Below, in pieces: positions 41,942 to 52,272 of a stretch of DNA of 64,000 bases. The notes under the pieces were generated by a model that ran no database searches, was not told where the DNA came from, and saw only the letters and a list, made by a program, of their open reading frames with translations. Both the position numbers and the translations under genes were made by a program. Position 1 is the first letter of the stretch. Every line of letters starts with the position of its first letter. The DNA is taken from IMG/VR virus record IMGVR_UViG_3300035670_000164, positions 6,356 through 70,355 of that record; one strand, written 5' to 3'. The DNA comes from a virus.

Positions 41942-42116
41942 TTTCTATAGAATCTTTTAAAAGCCTTGCATACATATAAATATGGTTTACTTTATTTATA
42001 TTTTCTTTAATCCACTCTATATCTAAACAAGATTCATCTTTACATTCTACAGATTCTAAATAATGTTCTTCTTCTGTATAAAGTACATAATCTAAAATAT
42101 CAGTTAAATATTGCAT
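41934..42116 (-). CDS. hypothetical protein between the DNA polymerase halves
   Basis: Acidic 60-aa ORF overlapping the C-part start. Confidence 0.55.
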   Translation of the reverse strand: MQYLTDILDYVLYTEEEHYLESVECKDESCLDIEWIKENINKVNHIYMYARLLKDSIENE

Positions 42117-42120
42117 TTAT

Positions 42121-42369
42121 TTAAATCCCCTTTTGTAACAAATTTTGAATAATTTTTTCTTTTAATGAATCATATAAAATAGATTTAATTTCTTCATTAA
42201 ATTCTTCATTATATTGAATATACTCTTTTACATATTCTTCTAGGTATTCTCGAGTAAAAATCTCATTAAATACTCTTAGAACTTCTTTCTCTCTACTTTG
42301 AATTTCTTTCTTAATAGTTTTTCGTATTACTTTAACTAAAATAGAATTAATTGATTCTTCTATATTCAT
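42121..42369 (-). CDS. hypothetical protein between the DNA polymerase halves
   Basis: 82-aa helical ORF. Confidence 0.55.
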   Translation of the reverse strand: MNIEESINSILVKVIRKTIKKEIQSREKEVLRVFNEIFTREYLEEYVKEYIQYNEEFNEEIKSILYDSLKEKIIQNLLQKGI

Positions 42370-42716
42370 TCTAAATTCTCTTTTGCAATATTAATTGGTG
42401 TCCAAAGTTTATTTAATAAATTCCAATGTTTTTGTAAATACTTTTCTAATCTTTCACTTTCTGTTTCAGGATTATATGATTTACAACAAACATACCAAAA
42501 TCTACCTTTACGTTGGTGCATAATAAAAATTTCTACGTAAAGTTTCGTACTTCTATCATATTCTCTAATATCAAACCTAAAACATAAATTTAAATCTGGA
42601 TCAGAATATTCCATTTCATTTAAAAATTCTGACACTGAATCATATATCGTTTCTGCTTCATTGGAATAATAGTTACTATCACTACAATAGTATGGGTGTT
42701 CAGTTTTTTCTAACAT
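42366..42716 (-). CDS. conserved phage hypothetical protein between the DNA polymerase halves
   Basis: HPYYCSDSNYY...DLNLCFRFD...QRKG...LWTP. Confidence 0.65.
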   Translation of the reverse strand: MLEKTEHPYYCSDSNYYSNEAETIYDSVSEFLNEMEYSDPDLNLCFRFDIREYDRSTKLYVEIFIMHQRKGRFWYVCCKSYNPETESERLEKYLQKHWNLLNKLWTPINIAKENLE

Positions 42717-44221
42717 AAATCCTCTTTTGTAATATCATACTTATTCATTAATTGTAATTTCTTTTTCTTAATTACATCTGCTCCAGTAGCAGGTAATCCT
42801 GTTTCAGTTGTATCTGTAATAGGTAATCCAAGTACATCATAAAGTAATGTACTTAAATGATTAGGACTATTAGGATTAAATATTACTTTCTTTTTTATAG
42901 CTTTAGGAAGAATCTTATCTGGATTCTTAGCTTTACTTTTTCTATCTTCATAATCTTTAATCCAAGCTAATTCAGTTAATTGTTCTTCTGTTTGTTTAGT
43001 AAATATAGAGTTATTAATAGTATTAAGAGCTTTATCTTTTATTTGAGATAGTTCCTTTTCTACTTCTAATACTCTACTCATATTTAAACACAATCCAGTT
43101 AATTCCATTTGCATAATTACTTTTATAGATGGAATAAAGATTGTGTTATAGATTTTTAATTGTTGATCTTGAATCATCTTAGGATAATTCTTTTTAAAAA
43201 GATACATCGTTGCAAGAGTATCAATTAAATTATAACGTAGTAAATCTTGTTTAGGTATTAACCTAATATCATGTATATCTGACATTGCATAATTGCCTGT
43301 AAATTCATGAGTATTTGGTTTTAAACCAAGTGTATTACCAGCACAAGAATTAGTAGCAAGGTATGTAATAAGTTTAGTATCATGAATATTTCTAGTCATA
43401 ACTTCTAAACCATATAACATACCTTGTTGATCTAAAAGATTATTCATAAACAACTCATAACAAAGAACTTTACCATCATAACCAATATTATGATATATGA
43501 GTGTTCCTTTATAATTCTCAAAAAATGTACGAAGTACATTCCTTCTAGGAATATTTTTCTTTGAATGTTTAAGACAATCTATTTGAAATGCAATTCCATT
43601 ATGTTCATCCCAAGCAAATGCAATAGTACCTATTCCAGCTTTATCAAAAGATAAACTAAATGCTTCAAGATCGACTGTAAGAGCTTCATATTGATGTAAC
43701 TTATCCAACCACATTGCTATGTCTTCTAAAGTGTCAGGATAAGCTTCTGAGTGGATTATATCGCTACCTAATTCTTTATGAGAACCAAGTAAATGATTCT
43801 TTAAAGTTTGAAGGGATAAATCTAATTTAGATTGTAAATCTGGATTATAAAATAATGCTTGATAATTGATTGATAAAATACAATTAATATGTTCATATCC
43901 CTTAATTTTACAAGGAAGAACATAACCATAATAAGGCTCTACTTTACCTACACCAGTAAGAAATTTAAAGTATTCACTAGAACATACTAACAATGTAGTA
44001 ATACCTAATTTATCTAATATTGGTAATAATTGGTTTAAATATGTTTTACCTTCTGTAGCATTAATTTTATTTCCATTAAATTTAAGATTGAAAGCATAAA
44101 TAGATTCATTTAAGTTTAATGGATTTATATAGTATTGTTGAATAGATTCTTTATGAAGATTTCTAATAAATATTGCAGATGAAGCTGGATTAGTCTTTTG
44201 ATAATGAATATTCTGTATCAT
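42710..44221 (-). CDS. family A DNA polymerase, N-terminal part (3'-5' exonuclease and start of thumb)
   Basis: ExoI DLEAFS, ExoII HNIGYD, ExoIII YNLID; FNPNSP..L..LLY..LGLP...TETG.PATG. Confidence 0.92.
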   Translation of the reverse strand: MIQNIHYQKTNPASSAIFIRNLHKESIQQYYINPLNLNESIYAFNLKFNGNKINATEGKTYLNQLLPILDKLGITTLLVCSSEYFKFLTGVGKVEPYYGYVLPCKIKGYEHINCILSINYQALFYNPDLQSKLDLSLQTLKNHLLGSHKELGSDIIHSEAYPDTLEDIAMWLDKLHQYEALTVDLEAFSLSFDKAGIGTIAFAWDEHNGIAFQIDCLKHSKKNIPRRNVLRTFFENYKGTLIYHNIGYDGKVLCYELFMNNLLDQQGMLYGLEVMTRNIHDTKLITYLATNSCAGNTLGLKPNTHEFTGNYAMSDIHDIRLIPKQDLLRYNLIDTLATMYLFKKNYPKMIQDQQLKIYNTIFIPSIKVIMQMELTGLCLNMSRVLEVEKELSQIKDKALNTINNSIFTKQTEEQLTELAWIKDYEDRKSKAKNPDKILPKAIKKKVIFNPNSPNHLSTLLYDVLGLPITDTTETGLPATGADVIKKKKLQLMNKYDITKEDLC

Positions 44222-44636
44222 TTAATAATTCTAAATTTTCATAAATATTACCAATAACTATGGCTCTCCCTTTATCTTTTGAAATTTGAATACCAATATG
44301 ACTATCATATTCACAATTAATATATTTTGCTCTAAATCCTAAATATGAATTTTTCCAAAATACAACAAATCTTTCTTTTGATATAGGATGTTCTAATATA
44401 TCTCCTTCATAAATTTCTTTATCATTTTTATCTTTTAAACCTGTATATTGCATTAGTTCAACATCTTCTAATAAACATGCAGAACTCCAATCCCATAATT
44501 TTATCCATGTTTTGTTAGTATTAGAAATACTAATTTCTTTTACTTTACACATTCCATTGATGGTACCAGGATAAAATTCACGTTCTTTGGGCGACCATTC
44601 TTTATGCCATGCTCTAAATTTAAATTCTCTATTCAT
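44190..44636 (-). CDS. YopX family protein
   Basis: REFKFRAW...LMQYTGLKDKNDKEIYEGDIL...VIGNIYEN. Confidence 0.9.
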   Translation of the reverse strand: MNREFKFRAWHKEWSPKEREFYPGTINGMCKVKEISISNTNKTWIKLWDWSSACLLEDVELMQYTGLKDKNDKEIYEGDILEHPISKERFVVFWKNSYLGFRAKYINCEYDSHIGIQISKDKGRAIVIGNIYENLELLNDTEYSLSKD

Positions 44637-44638
44637 AA

Positions 44639-45136
44639 TTACTCCAAAAGTTTTTGTAACATAAATCTTTCTGCTATTAATTCAATTATATTTTCATTTT
44701 CCTTTACATATTCATCTATTTCACTTGGATAAGGTACACTTAATTTCCAACAAAATTTACAATCTTGATGTAAAAATTTAGGAATAATATATTGTACTTG
44801 ATCAAATTGAGAACATAAAAGAAAACCTATTGAGAAATATTTAGATATTCTTTCTTTTAATTGTATTTCTTTATAAGATGTACTTAAAGAATTTAAATCT
44901 AAAGATTCTTGAATTATATGTAATAGCATTAAATAAGCTACTTGATCTGAGATAGGACTTTCTGAATGTTTTACTTGTATTTTCATAAATCTCCTTATGT
45001 TATATACATAAAAAATGAGTAGTTTTACTTCATACTCAGGAAGTTTTATTTCTTGTAAGAAATCGTCCGAAGGACGATAATTACTTAATGGGACATGCCC
45101 CAGAAGCACACTCATCTGAACTAATTTCATTATCAT
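44639..45136 (-). CDS. hypothetical protein (start uncertain, probably downstream of the listed start)
   Basis: ORF upstream of the DNA polymerase; the listed start overlaps the end of nrdJ. Confidence 0.45.
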   Translation of the reverse strand: MIMKLVQMSVLLGHVPLSNYRPSDDFLQEIKLPEYEVKLLIFYVYNIRRFMKIQVKHSESPISDQVAYLMLLHIIQESLDLNSLSTSYKEIQLKERISKYFSIGFLLCSQFDQVQYIIPKFLHQDCKFCWKLSVPYPSEIDEYVKENENIIELIAERFMLQKLLE

Positions 45137-46091
45137 TTGAATCTAATTCAGGAAATTTAAATGGTTTAAGTTTAGAAATATAATCTTCATACACTTCTTG
45201 TGTTACTACTTCTTGTGGTAAATATAAGTAACCCAAATCTTGTGCTGTTTTAGTAGGATCAGCTTTATAAAGAAAACTTACACCTACATAAATATCCCAA
45301 TTATTAAGTAACCAATTAATAATATCTTTTACTTCTTTTGGTTCATAAGAAATAGTACAAGATACATTTTGTTGACACCAATGTACCTGATATTTCTTAT
45401 ATCTTTCTAATTGTTCAGTAGCTGTTTCTTGGTTTACTTCTACAATACCATGTGAAGTTTTTACTTTAGTAAAAGGTACATTTTCCCATTTAACAGGAAA
45501 TGTTACTAATACACCTTCTGGGTCTAATGGATTATTCCATACTTTATATCCAGCATCTTTTAATGCAGGTAATAGTGGATCATGTTTTCCAAAATTTACA
45601 TTATTAAAGATATATTTACCTAATGGAGTATGTAACCCTTCTGTACAACCAAATATTTTACTTAATGTACCACTAGGTTTAACACAACTTATATTTTTAG
45701 GTCTTTGTAAACCTAATTCATCAGCCATTGAATATGCTGCTGATATAGCTTCACGTTTCATTAGTTCTAAATCATATTCAGATAAATCAGGTCTTTGTGC
45801 AATACCTGTTAATCCAACACCACATAATCTAAAAAACTCATTATTTAAGTGCCAAGCTTCTTGTAAAATACCATCATTAAGATTAACTAGTGTTTGTCTA
45901 TAATTAGCTCTAGCAACATAATAAATTGTTTTAAGTAATCCAGACGTATCCCCAATAAATTTTGATACATCAATTTCTGTTAGGTTACAAAACCCCTTAT
46001 TTGGTAACAGTATTTCCATACACGGATTACCTGTATTAAACCAAGGCGCACGAGTTAATGCTGTTGTTGCACATATCATACCTGGTTCACT
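45081..46091 (-). CDS. nrdJ: class II (B12-dependent) ribonucleotide reductase, exon 2
   Basis: SEPG...NPCMEI...CNL; KPSGT; C-terminal CASGACPIK. Confidence 0.92.
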   Translation of the reverse strand, partial: SEPGMICATTALTRAPWFNTGNPCMEILLPNKGFCNLTEIDVSKFIGDTSGLLKTIYYVARANYRQTLVNLNDGILQEAWHLNNEFFRLCGVGLTGIAQRPDLSEYDLELMKREAISAAYSMADELGLQRPKNISCVKPSGTLSKIFGCTEGLHTPLGKYIFNNVNFGKHDPLLPALKDAGYKVWNNPLDPEGVLVTFPVKWENVPFTKVKTSHGIVEVNQETATEQLERYKKYQVHWCQQNVSCTISYEPKEVKDIINWLLNNWDIYVGVSFLYKADPTKTAQDLGYLYLPQEVVTQEVYEDYISKLKPFKFPELDSNDNEISSDECASGACPIK

Positions 46092-47040
46092 CATCATATC
46101 TACTATTTTCATAGTAGGATGGACTATCTCTTCAAATACTTTAAGTATTTGTCTACTATTTCCATTAACGTACTAATAGTTAATGTACTTCCCTACAAAG
46201 GGAATAGTCTCTACACGTTCAAATAACATTTTTATATACTTTATTATGTTTAATTTGTGAAATAGTTGTAGCATGAGCATTAAATTGTTTTCCAATTTGA
46301 GCATAAGATAAATTAGTTTCTTGTAATAATTTACGAATTTCTCGTATATTTTCTACAGTTAATTTTCTATTAGCATGAGATTTAGTTATAGTTTCTGGTT
46401 GTAAATGTTTCCAACTTATACCTAACCAAATAGATTCCATACCTGTCCTTTTTAATAAATGTTTATAATCTTTATAAACACTTGAAAACAATTCATTATT
46501 CTCTCTTCTAGTTATAATATCTTTAGCTTGATCTTCTGATAAAGTTGCATTTCTATTTTTTGCTCCTTCACTTCCAGTATGATCTCCGCCTTTAGTAATA
46601 TTATATCCATGTTCATGCGATAAAGTTTTTAATTCTTTAATTAACTTTATCTCCAACTTCTTACCTTCTTCAATAGATAAATTTTGTTGAATAAGTTCAA
46701 ATTTAAAATTTTCTATTCCGTACTTTCTAAATGCAGAATAAAGAACTTTATTATATTCTTTAGAAGTTGGTACTCTATTTCGTTTATGATACTTCCATCT
46801 AACTAAATAGTTATTTGTAATACCAATATAAACTTTTTTATTTACTAAATTAGTAATTTTATATACATCCATAGTTATTTGCTTCGTTCGGGATTGTCAT
46901 GTTATATTTATTATACCAGGTTTTGTTTATAAATCCAGGTTTTTAATATAATTTAGATTTCCCCGATGCAATTACACTATTTTTTGCTTGTTGTAATTAC
47001 AGGCTTAGTTAGCCTTAAATAGATAGTGGCAGTGTTACTT
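46092..47040 (-). mobile_element. group I intron in nrdJ (949 nt)
   Basis: Exon 1 ends ...GGTGGT (U at the splice site, P1 with ACTGCCACT); P7 elements GAGACTA and AAGAGATAGTCC; terminal G. Splicing restores EAGG|SEPG. Confidence 0.88.
46219..46872 (-). CDS. intron-encoded GIY-YIG homing endonuclease
   Basis: VYKITNLVNKKVYIGIT...RW..H...GYNITKGG; C-terminal HTH-like repeats. Confidence 0.92.
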   Translation of the reverse strand: MDVYKITNLVNKKVYIGITNNYLVRWKYHKRNRVPTSKEYNKVLYSAFRKYGIENFKFELIQQNLSIEEGKKLEIKLIKELKTLSHEHGYNITKGGDHTGSEGAKNRNATLSEDQAKDIITRRENNELFSSVYKDYKHLLKRTGMESIWLGISWKHLQPETITKSHANRKLTVENIREIRKLLQETNLSYAQIGKQFNAHATTISQIKHNKVYKNVI

Positions 47041-48003
47041 ACCACCTGCTTCTTGCATTAAATTAAAGATATATTCTAATTCTTTCTTAGAAGGTTTTTT
47101 ATAAAATACTAAAGAATTATTAGATTGACTTCTTTGAATATTTCCATTCCAAAATTCTTTTTTAGCTACAGCAAATTCTTCCCACTCAGGTTGATCATAT
47201 TCAAATAATGCAATTTGTGCTGATCTACGAGAACTAAGAATAGTTCCAAGCCAATTAATAATATCCAGAATATCTATCCTAGTTAATAATTCTCCAGCTT
47301 TTTTATTCATGATTTCTGCAATAGCTACAAATGCTTTAGCAATTGCTTCATCACCAGAACTAATCCAACCATAGCCTTTTAATCTACTTCCTGCTGGTCT
47401 TAATTCAGAGAAGTCAAATACAAGTTTATCTGCTGGATATTTACCTGCAAGAATTTTACCTATAGACTTACTCCAAGCTTCTGCACTATCTCCAACTTTA
47501 ATAGTCCATATACCATTTTCAAATGTTTCTACATTATGTTCTAAACCCCCTTTAGTAGTTCGTTTAGTTCTAATTACCTCAATATCTTTTATTGGTTTAA
47601 AGAAGCCATTAAGAGTACCTACTTTTGGTTTAAAACCTACACCACAACCTTGCATTAATAACCATAATACATCAACTACATCATATACTGTTTCAACAAC
47701 AATACCTGAACAGTTAAACATTGATGATTCTCTTACTTTAGATAAATTTGTACCACCTAACCATAGAGTTCTACCAGATACAGAGCATTTTTTTTGAACC
47801 ATAAGACTATAAAACTCATCTAATTCATTTTCTTCTGTATTAAGTAGTTCTCTACCTAAAGCTCTTTCCCATAACCATTTTTGATGTTTAAATACTCTCT
47901 GACAAATATCTTCCCAAGACTCAAACTTAGTTTCTTCTTCGTTTAGTGGTCTTGAATATGTTCTTCTAATAATAATTTCACTTCTATCATTTAATGTATT
48001 CAA
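47041..48003 (-). CDS. nrdJ: class II ribonucleotide reductase, exon 1 (probable TTG start)
   Basis: RRTYSRP; GRTLWLGGT; FNCS; GCGVGF; SSRRSAQIAL; RBS TAAGGAG before the TTG at 48003. Confidence 0.9.
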
Positions 48004-48013
48004 TAGCTTCTCC

Positions 48014-48211
48014 TTATTCCCAAATACCAATTTCTATAAATTCACCATCTTCTGTAAAAACATATTCACAAATAAATCCTGAATACCCTTCTACATTTTT
48101 TGTTTTAGTTTCTAAAATAATTTTTATATTTTCCTCTTTAAATTCTACATTAAAACTTAAAAGTAATTTTTTTAATCTTTCTTTATCAGTCATAATAAAT
48201 AATATCTCCAA
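48014..48211 (-). CDS. hypothetical protein
   Basis: Ends F..DG.FIEIGIWE; operonic. Confidence 0.55.
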   Translation of the reverse strand: MEILFIMTDKERLKKLLLSFNVEFKEENIKIILETKTKNVEGYSGFICEYVFTEDGEFIEIGIWE

Positions 48212-49256
48212 ATGTTATTGCTTTATCATAAAACGAAGTAAGAATCCAAAGTACAGAATAATTAGGTTTAATATCCATTGGATAAAATTCTCCATCAGTA
48301 AATACAATAACTAATGTTGGTTGTTTGGTTTTAAGAAATTCAAATACACATAAAGGTTCAGTACCCCCATACCCTTTAATAGGTTTAAATGGTATATCTT
48401 CATGTATTTGAAATGTTTGTTGTTGGGTAATTTTAGTATCAAAAGATAGTAAGATAGTTTCTCTTGGGTTAAGCTTTCTTCGTATTTCTTTAAGTTCAGT
48501 AATCCCTTTATTAAAATCTTCTTGAGTTATTGATCCAGATACATCAGAAGCAAATACTAAACAATCTATTCCTTCTGAATATAAACTAGGTAGGTAAATA
48601 TCTGGTATTCTTTTATTTGGTTTAGACCAAGAGTAATCTTCTTTAATAAATGTATCTACATAATTTTGTAGAATTACATTCCAAGGAAGTCTTGGATTAA
48701 GATATTCTTCTATTTCTCTACCATATAACCCAGACATAATAGAGGAAGATTCTTTAGCCATTTTACTAGCTAATGCAGCTTTAGAAATAAGATTCTTTAT
48801 TTCTTCTGAATTAGAATTTTCTGATTCTATAATATCTATTTCTATTTGAGGTAAATCCTCATCAGAAAGTAAGTTATAAACTTGTTCTGTAGTTAAATTA
48901 TTGTATTGATAATCTAATAATCTACCAGCAGGAAGTTCATACCCATCTTTATCTAATAAAAGATTAATTACATAATCTCCAGCAATATTATATTTTTGTT
49001 TATTGTAATTTTTACTTCTATGTAGATGATCTAAAGCTATGTGTCCTGCTTCATGAGCTAATAAACCTATAGCTTGATCTATTGTAAGATTACAAAACCA
49101 TTCTTCATTAAGAAATAAATTCTTACCATCAACTGCTGCTGTAGGAATAGAAGTATCCCATACAGTTTTAAGATTAAAAATGATAGTAGAATAGAAGATT
49201 GCTTTCTTTTGTACTAAACCAATCTTGGCTTTATTAAGAAATTTGTCTTTATTCAT
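48186..49256 (-). CDS. vWA-like / metallopeptidase protein (DUF2201, N4 gp25-like)
   Basis: TAAVDG..L..N; HEAGH; MIDAS DVSGS; GGT; FTDG. Confidence 0.9.
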   Translation of the reverse strand: MNKDKFLNKAKIGLVQKKAIFYSTIIFNLKTVWDTSIPTAAVDGKNLFLNEEWFCNLTIDQAIGLLAHEAGHIALDHLHRSKNYNKQKYNIAGDYVINLLLDKDGYELPAGRLLDYQYNNLTTEQVYNLLSDEDLPQIEIDIIESENSNSEEIKNLISKAALASKMAKESSSIMSGLYGREIEEYLNPRLPWNVILQNYVDTFIKEDYSWSKPNKRIPDIYLPSLYSEGIDCLVFASDVSGSITQEDFNKGITELKEIRRKLNPRETILLSFDTKITQQQTFQIHEDIPFKPIKGYGGTEPLCVFEFLKTKQPTLVIVFTDGEFYPMDIKPNYSVLWILTSFYDKAITFGDIIYYD

Positions 49257-49770
49257 TTAATTTAATTTGTTGTACTTTTGGTGGGTATTTCATTGTTAAT
49301 AAAGAAATAGGACAATCAAATTCTTTGTTAAATAGTTTAAATCCAATTATTTTGCCTTGTCCTGATGAGCATTTCCATTTTTCAGCATTTGAGAAATCAG
49401 CATTTTCTAAAAGTTTTTTGTTGAATAATACCTCGTCACCAGCCTTAGCACGTTCTAAATTAAAAGGTAATTCAGCAGATTGTTTGATTCTGAATTTGTT
49501 AGTAGGAAAATAAGACCATCCTTCACCCATTACTAATACTTCAACAATACCATCATCATAATTAGTAATTTCTACTGCATAATCAGCAATATCAAACCAT
49601 GTATTGTCATCAGCTAATTGTTCAATCATGAATCTAGCATTATCACCATAAAGCGTTTTTAGTTCTTCCCATTTTTCAGGGGTTAGTTGTTCTTGCATTT
49701 TTAACCCTCGAATTTTGGTAGTGGTAGCCATTTTATAGGCTTTATTTCCGGTAAATAGTTGGCTAGCCAT
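49249..49770 (-). CDS. hypothetical protein (likely start MQEQ at 49698)
   Basis: PFNLERAKAGD motif; RBS GAGGG before MQEQ. Confidence 0.55.
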   Translation of the reverse strand: MASQLFTGNKAYKMATTTKIRGLKMQEQLTPEKWEELKTLYGDNARFMIEQLADDNTWFDIADYAVEITNYDDGIVEVLVMGEGWSYFPTNKFRIKQSAELPFNLERAKAGDEVLFNKKLLENADFSNAEKWKCSSGQGKIIGFKLFNKEFDCPISLLTMKYPPKVQQIKLNE

Positions 49771-50039
49771 TTTTTATCAAAATACAAAAGCCGTATTCTA
49801 TCGTCAGAGCAAAGCATTAAAACTTTTTGTCTTAAAGGCACTGTTTCAATTGGCTGCCAAGGTGCGAATTGCCACCATTCTTCTGCTGTTGCTGGTCTTG
49901 CATGACTAATATCAGTGTCATCGTCTATGACAGCTTTAGTGATTACCGCAAAAGGTACTATTTGCCGTAAATTGGTGTCCAAGTTTTTTATTAACATTCC
50001 ACGATTTGGTATGTTTTCCCACCACTTATCATTACTCAT
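49701..50039 (-). CDS. DUF551-like protein
   Basis: WQPIETVP...VL...PIKWLPLP. Confidence 0.6.
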   Translation of the reverse strand: MSNDKWWENIPNRGMLIKNLDTNLRQIVPFAVITKAVIDDDTDISHARPATAEEWWQFAPWQPIETVPLRQKVLMLCSDDRIRLLYFDKKWLANYLPEIKPIKWLPLPKFEG

Positions 50040-50682
50040 TTTTGCCTCTCAAAATTTCAAGAATTGCATCAAGCACTGCTTGAGCGTCTTCTTGTGTTGC
50101 AAAACAAACACCTAATCCAAGATATTTATAATCAAAATCAAACGTACCAGTTCCATGCCATTTATTTTTATCTACCTCATTGTTAGATACGTCCATAAAA
50201 TAATAATAAGAGCCTTGTTCAGGTGCTATGCGCAAGGGTGCAGGATATTCTTTATTGTTGATTGTGATGGTGTCTGGTTTAATGCGGTATAACACTTCTT
50301 CTTTAAATTTAGGAGGTTCTTTACAATCAACCCATTCTTGCACACCAGAAGTATTACATTTATAAAACCACTGCCATTTAGCATCCGTATTTTTATGAAA
50401 CAAAATCATAGAATCTGCATGTGGATGGCGGCGGTAATCTACTCCTTTTTTAAATAACCCAATATCTTTTATATCAATCCATTCATTTTTATTTTTAACT
50501 TGCCACAACTGCCATGCATTCAACCCGTCAATACTTTTGCATGTTTCATTGTCTTTATAATAAAGCTCTTTTAATTCTTTATGCTGGTCATCTTGCTTTA
50601 AGCTGTCTAGCTCTTTTTGCAATGCAGTTATTCTGTTTTGCAGTTCATTAATTTTGCTATCTTCTTGTCCGTAGTTTGTCAT
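50032..50682 (-). CDS. hypothetical phage protein
   Basis: YRIKPDTITIN...PAPLR.AP..G...G.CFAT.EDA motif. Confidence 0.6.
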   Translation of the reverse strand: MTNYGQEDSKINELQNRITALQKELDSLKQDDQHKELKELYYKDNETCKSIDGLNAWQLWQVKNKNEWIDIKDIGLFKKGVDYRRHPHADSMILFHKNTDAKWQWFYKCNTSGVQEWVDCKEPPKFKEEVLYRIKPDTITINNKEYPAPLRIAPEQGSYYYFMDVSNNEVDKNKWHGTGTFDFDYKYLGLGVCFATQEDAQAVLDAILEILRGKNE

Positions 50683-50861
50683 TTTACACCTACCTTATTT
50701 TTATAGATTTATTTATTTCTTTTTCCCAGTATAAACAAGCTGGACTAATAGAAGATACATTATTCTTCATAAGTACACATATTCTATTAGGGCTAACTAC
50801 TTCTAACACTTTAAAGAATCTACAAGTATTACATTGATTTTGTTGTTTCTTTTTATTCATA

Positions 50862-51215
50862 TCACCACCAAGAGGTATAATAGATAAGATTATCTTTATC
50901 TTTTATTAATTCTAATGCTTCATTTACAAAGTTTAAGTCACCACCCTGATATATCTCTTTATATTCTTGCATATATTCAGTATTACCAAAGAAGAATCCA
51001 GAAGTACATTCTAAATTACAATTAAGAATATCTTCTTTTAATTCTTCTAATAATTCTTTAGTTAAATAAAATCTAATACAATTAAACTTATCTGCATCTA
51101 TACCTGAATGTTGTTGCATCCAGTTATGTAATGCATTATGTTTTCTCCAATAGGCAATTTCTGTTGTTTCATCATCATTCTGCTTGTGAAAACAAGCATA
51201 CATATCTAATCCCAT
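50862..51215 (-). CDS. conserved phage protein
   Basis: MGLDMY...EIAYWRKHNALHNW...GFFFG...YYTSWW. Confidence 0.75.
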   Translation of the reverse strand: MGLDMYACFHKQNDDETTEIAYWRKHNALHNWMQQHSGIDADKFNCIRFYLTKELLEELKEDILNCNLECTSGFFFGNTEYMQEYKEIYQGGDLNFVNEALELIKDKDNLIYYTSWW

Positions 51216-51374
51216 TTTTATTTCTCCTCTAACAACAAAAGACTTACAGCAACTACGGCTCGTAAACTCGCCTTGTTGCTTACAGTCTTTTGTTTAAGTA
51301 TTTATATGAATTTATTTGTTTCGTTGAATGTAGAGCATTCTCGTGCATTCTAGGGGCATATTTGAAGACTATCT

Positions 51375-51620
51375 TTAATTTAGTTGTACAAACCAACTAT
51401 CTTGAGTTTGAAAATCTAATATATCAGTATAATCCAATAAACATGAAATCATATTTTCTTGGTACTCTACCCAATATAAAGGTTTTCCAAAACCTTTTGT
51501 TTCGTATAGTTTAATTTTTCTTTTTTTATTAATAATTGTATATCCTTTTGTTAAAGAATTAATAATATTAAAAAATAGAACTAAACTATTTTTAGGATTA
51601 TATTTAAGTTGTGCTAACAT
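51375..51620 (-). CDS. hypothetical protein
   Basis: 81-aa ORF following the duplicated ATPase stop codon. Confidence 0.4.
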   Translation of the reverse strand: MLAQLKYNPKNSLVLFFNIINSLTKGYTIINKKRKIKLYETKGFGKPLYWVEYQENMISCLLDYTDILDFQTQDSWFVQLN

Positions 51621-51654
51621 AATTATTCTTCAAGTAACATTTCTTTAGAGAAGT

Positions 51655-52272
51655 TTATCTCATCCAATTATCAATAATTCTTTCTCCACCGTTTCCTCTA
51701 CCTTTTTTGATAACAGTTTTATGCCCTATATCCTCTGTATTACCTGTTTTACCTCTAGGAAGTATTGAATCCATATAAATATATTCAGCACAGTTTCTAG
51801 CTAAATATTTATTGTCTTTAAATACCCCATCTTTGCCAACATAATCCTCTGGATGTCCAATAACAATTACTGTACATTTAAAATTATGTGCTAAATCTTC
51901 AAATGCTTTAGCAATCTTTTCCTTAGATTTTTGAGAATCATCGTAATCTAATATTTCTGATACTCTTTGATATGTATCAAAGATTATTACATGATTTTCG
52001 ATTCCCTCAATATCTTTAGTTATTAAACAAGCTTGAACTAATTCTTTTCCGTATTGATCTGCTCTTAGATTTCCTATAGGAGAATAATCTAAATTAACAT
52101 GAATTGGGATTATGTTTTCTGAATTTAAAAATTTAATAAGAGAATAAGTTTTTCCTGTTCCTGGTAAACCAGCAAGAAGTGTTACTTCATTTTTTGGAAT
52201 TATTCCACCAATAAAGGTGTAATTTGGGATAACTAATTTAGTCATTTTTGATATATCCATTAATAGTCTCAC
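51655..52272 (-). CDS. P-loop ATPase (RecA/AAA_25-like)
   Basis: Walker A GLPGTGKT, Walker B VIIFD, CTVIVIGH. Confidence 0.8.
   Translation of the reverse strand: MRLLMDISKMTKLVIPNYTFIGGIIPKNEVTLLAGLPGTGKTYSLIKFLNSENIIPIHVNLDYSPIGNLRADQYGKELVQACLITKDIEGIENHVIIFDTYQRVSEILDYDDSQKSKEKIAKAFEDLAHNFKCTVIVIGHPEDYVGKDGVFKDNKYLARNCAEYIYMDSILPRGKTGNTEDIGHKTVIKKGRGNGGERIIDNWMR

Noticed and set aside
41942-42709. Intron or intein in the DNA polymerase
   Set aside because: No group I core elements, homing endonuclease or intein terminal residues seen; the gap is filled by ordinary ORFs.
46092-46112. ORF-track start MKIVDMM for the nrdJ C-terminal part
   Set aside because: These codons lie within the intron 3' end; exon 2 begins at 46091.
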